From Zygnema circumcarinatum SAG 698-1b (taxonomy: Eukaryota; Plantae; Zygnematophyceae): a DNA stretch of 64,000 bases. The translations under genes and the position numbers were made by a program. The notes under the pieces are model-generated. The model saw only the letters and a list, made by a program, of their open reading frames with translations, ran no database searches and was not told the origin of the DNA. The stretch is from positions 496,001 to 560,000 of the forward strand of contig CM074807.1 in assembly GCA_037447605.1 (NCBI GenBank), given 5' to 3'. Every line of letters begins with the position of its first letter. Positions within the stretch are counted from its first letter, which is position 1. Positions 63,927 through 64,000 of the stretch are shown one piece after another.

Positions 63927-64000
63927 GCTGCCTTTTAGGGACTAGAAGTGATTTTTGTTTAAGAAATTTTATTGACGATTGTTTTCCGGGCAGGCTTGCG

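Overview
Eukaryotic nuclear DNA with GT-AG introns, many microsatellites and several 10-N assembly gaps. The proteins resemble land-plant orthologues and the promoters carry plant telo-boxes, so this is most likely a streptophyte (charophyte) alga; that is an inference and the species is not determinable. Gene order: 3' end of AATF/BFR2 (+); two tandem intron-containing genes encoding only a MULE/FAR1-type WRKY-GCM1 DNA-binding region (-,-); organellar RsmI-like rRNA methyltransferase (+); a tail-to-tail pair of alpha-1,6-fucosyltransferase-like paralogues (+,-); OTLD1/OTU6-like deubiquitinase (+); a ~3.5-3.8 kb tandem duplication holding a ubiquitin-RUB1/NEDD8 fusion (one intact copy, one pseudogene) and an unidentified opposite-strand gene; FPG glycosylase (-) head-to-head with TIM50 (+); a stand-alone HELQ/Hel308-like helicase (+); a STR15/STR16 (SEN1/DIN1)-type rhodanese (+); TFIIB (-). 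I found no supportable tRNA, rRNA, snRNA, CRISPR array or intact transposon, and I cannot demonstrate a wholly new multi-gene system. The best leads are the domesticated transposase-derived gene pair, the fucosyltransferase paralogue that has lost its donor-binding Arg motif, the unidentified duplicated gene under apparent purifying selection, the stand-alone HELQ, and a recurring CCGTAC/GTACGG promoter signature. Exon coordinates were read by eye and may be off by a few bases. All family assignments come from remembered motifs, not database searches.
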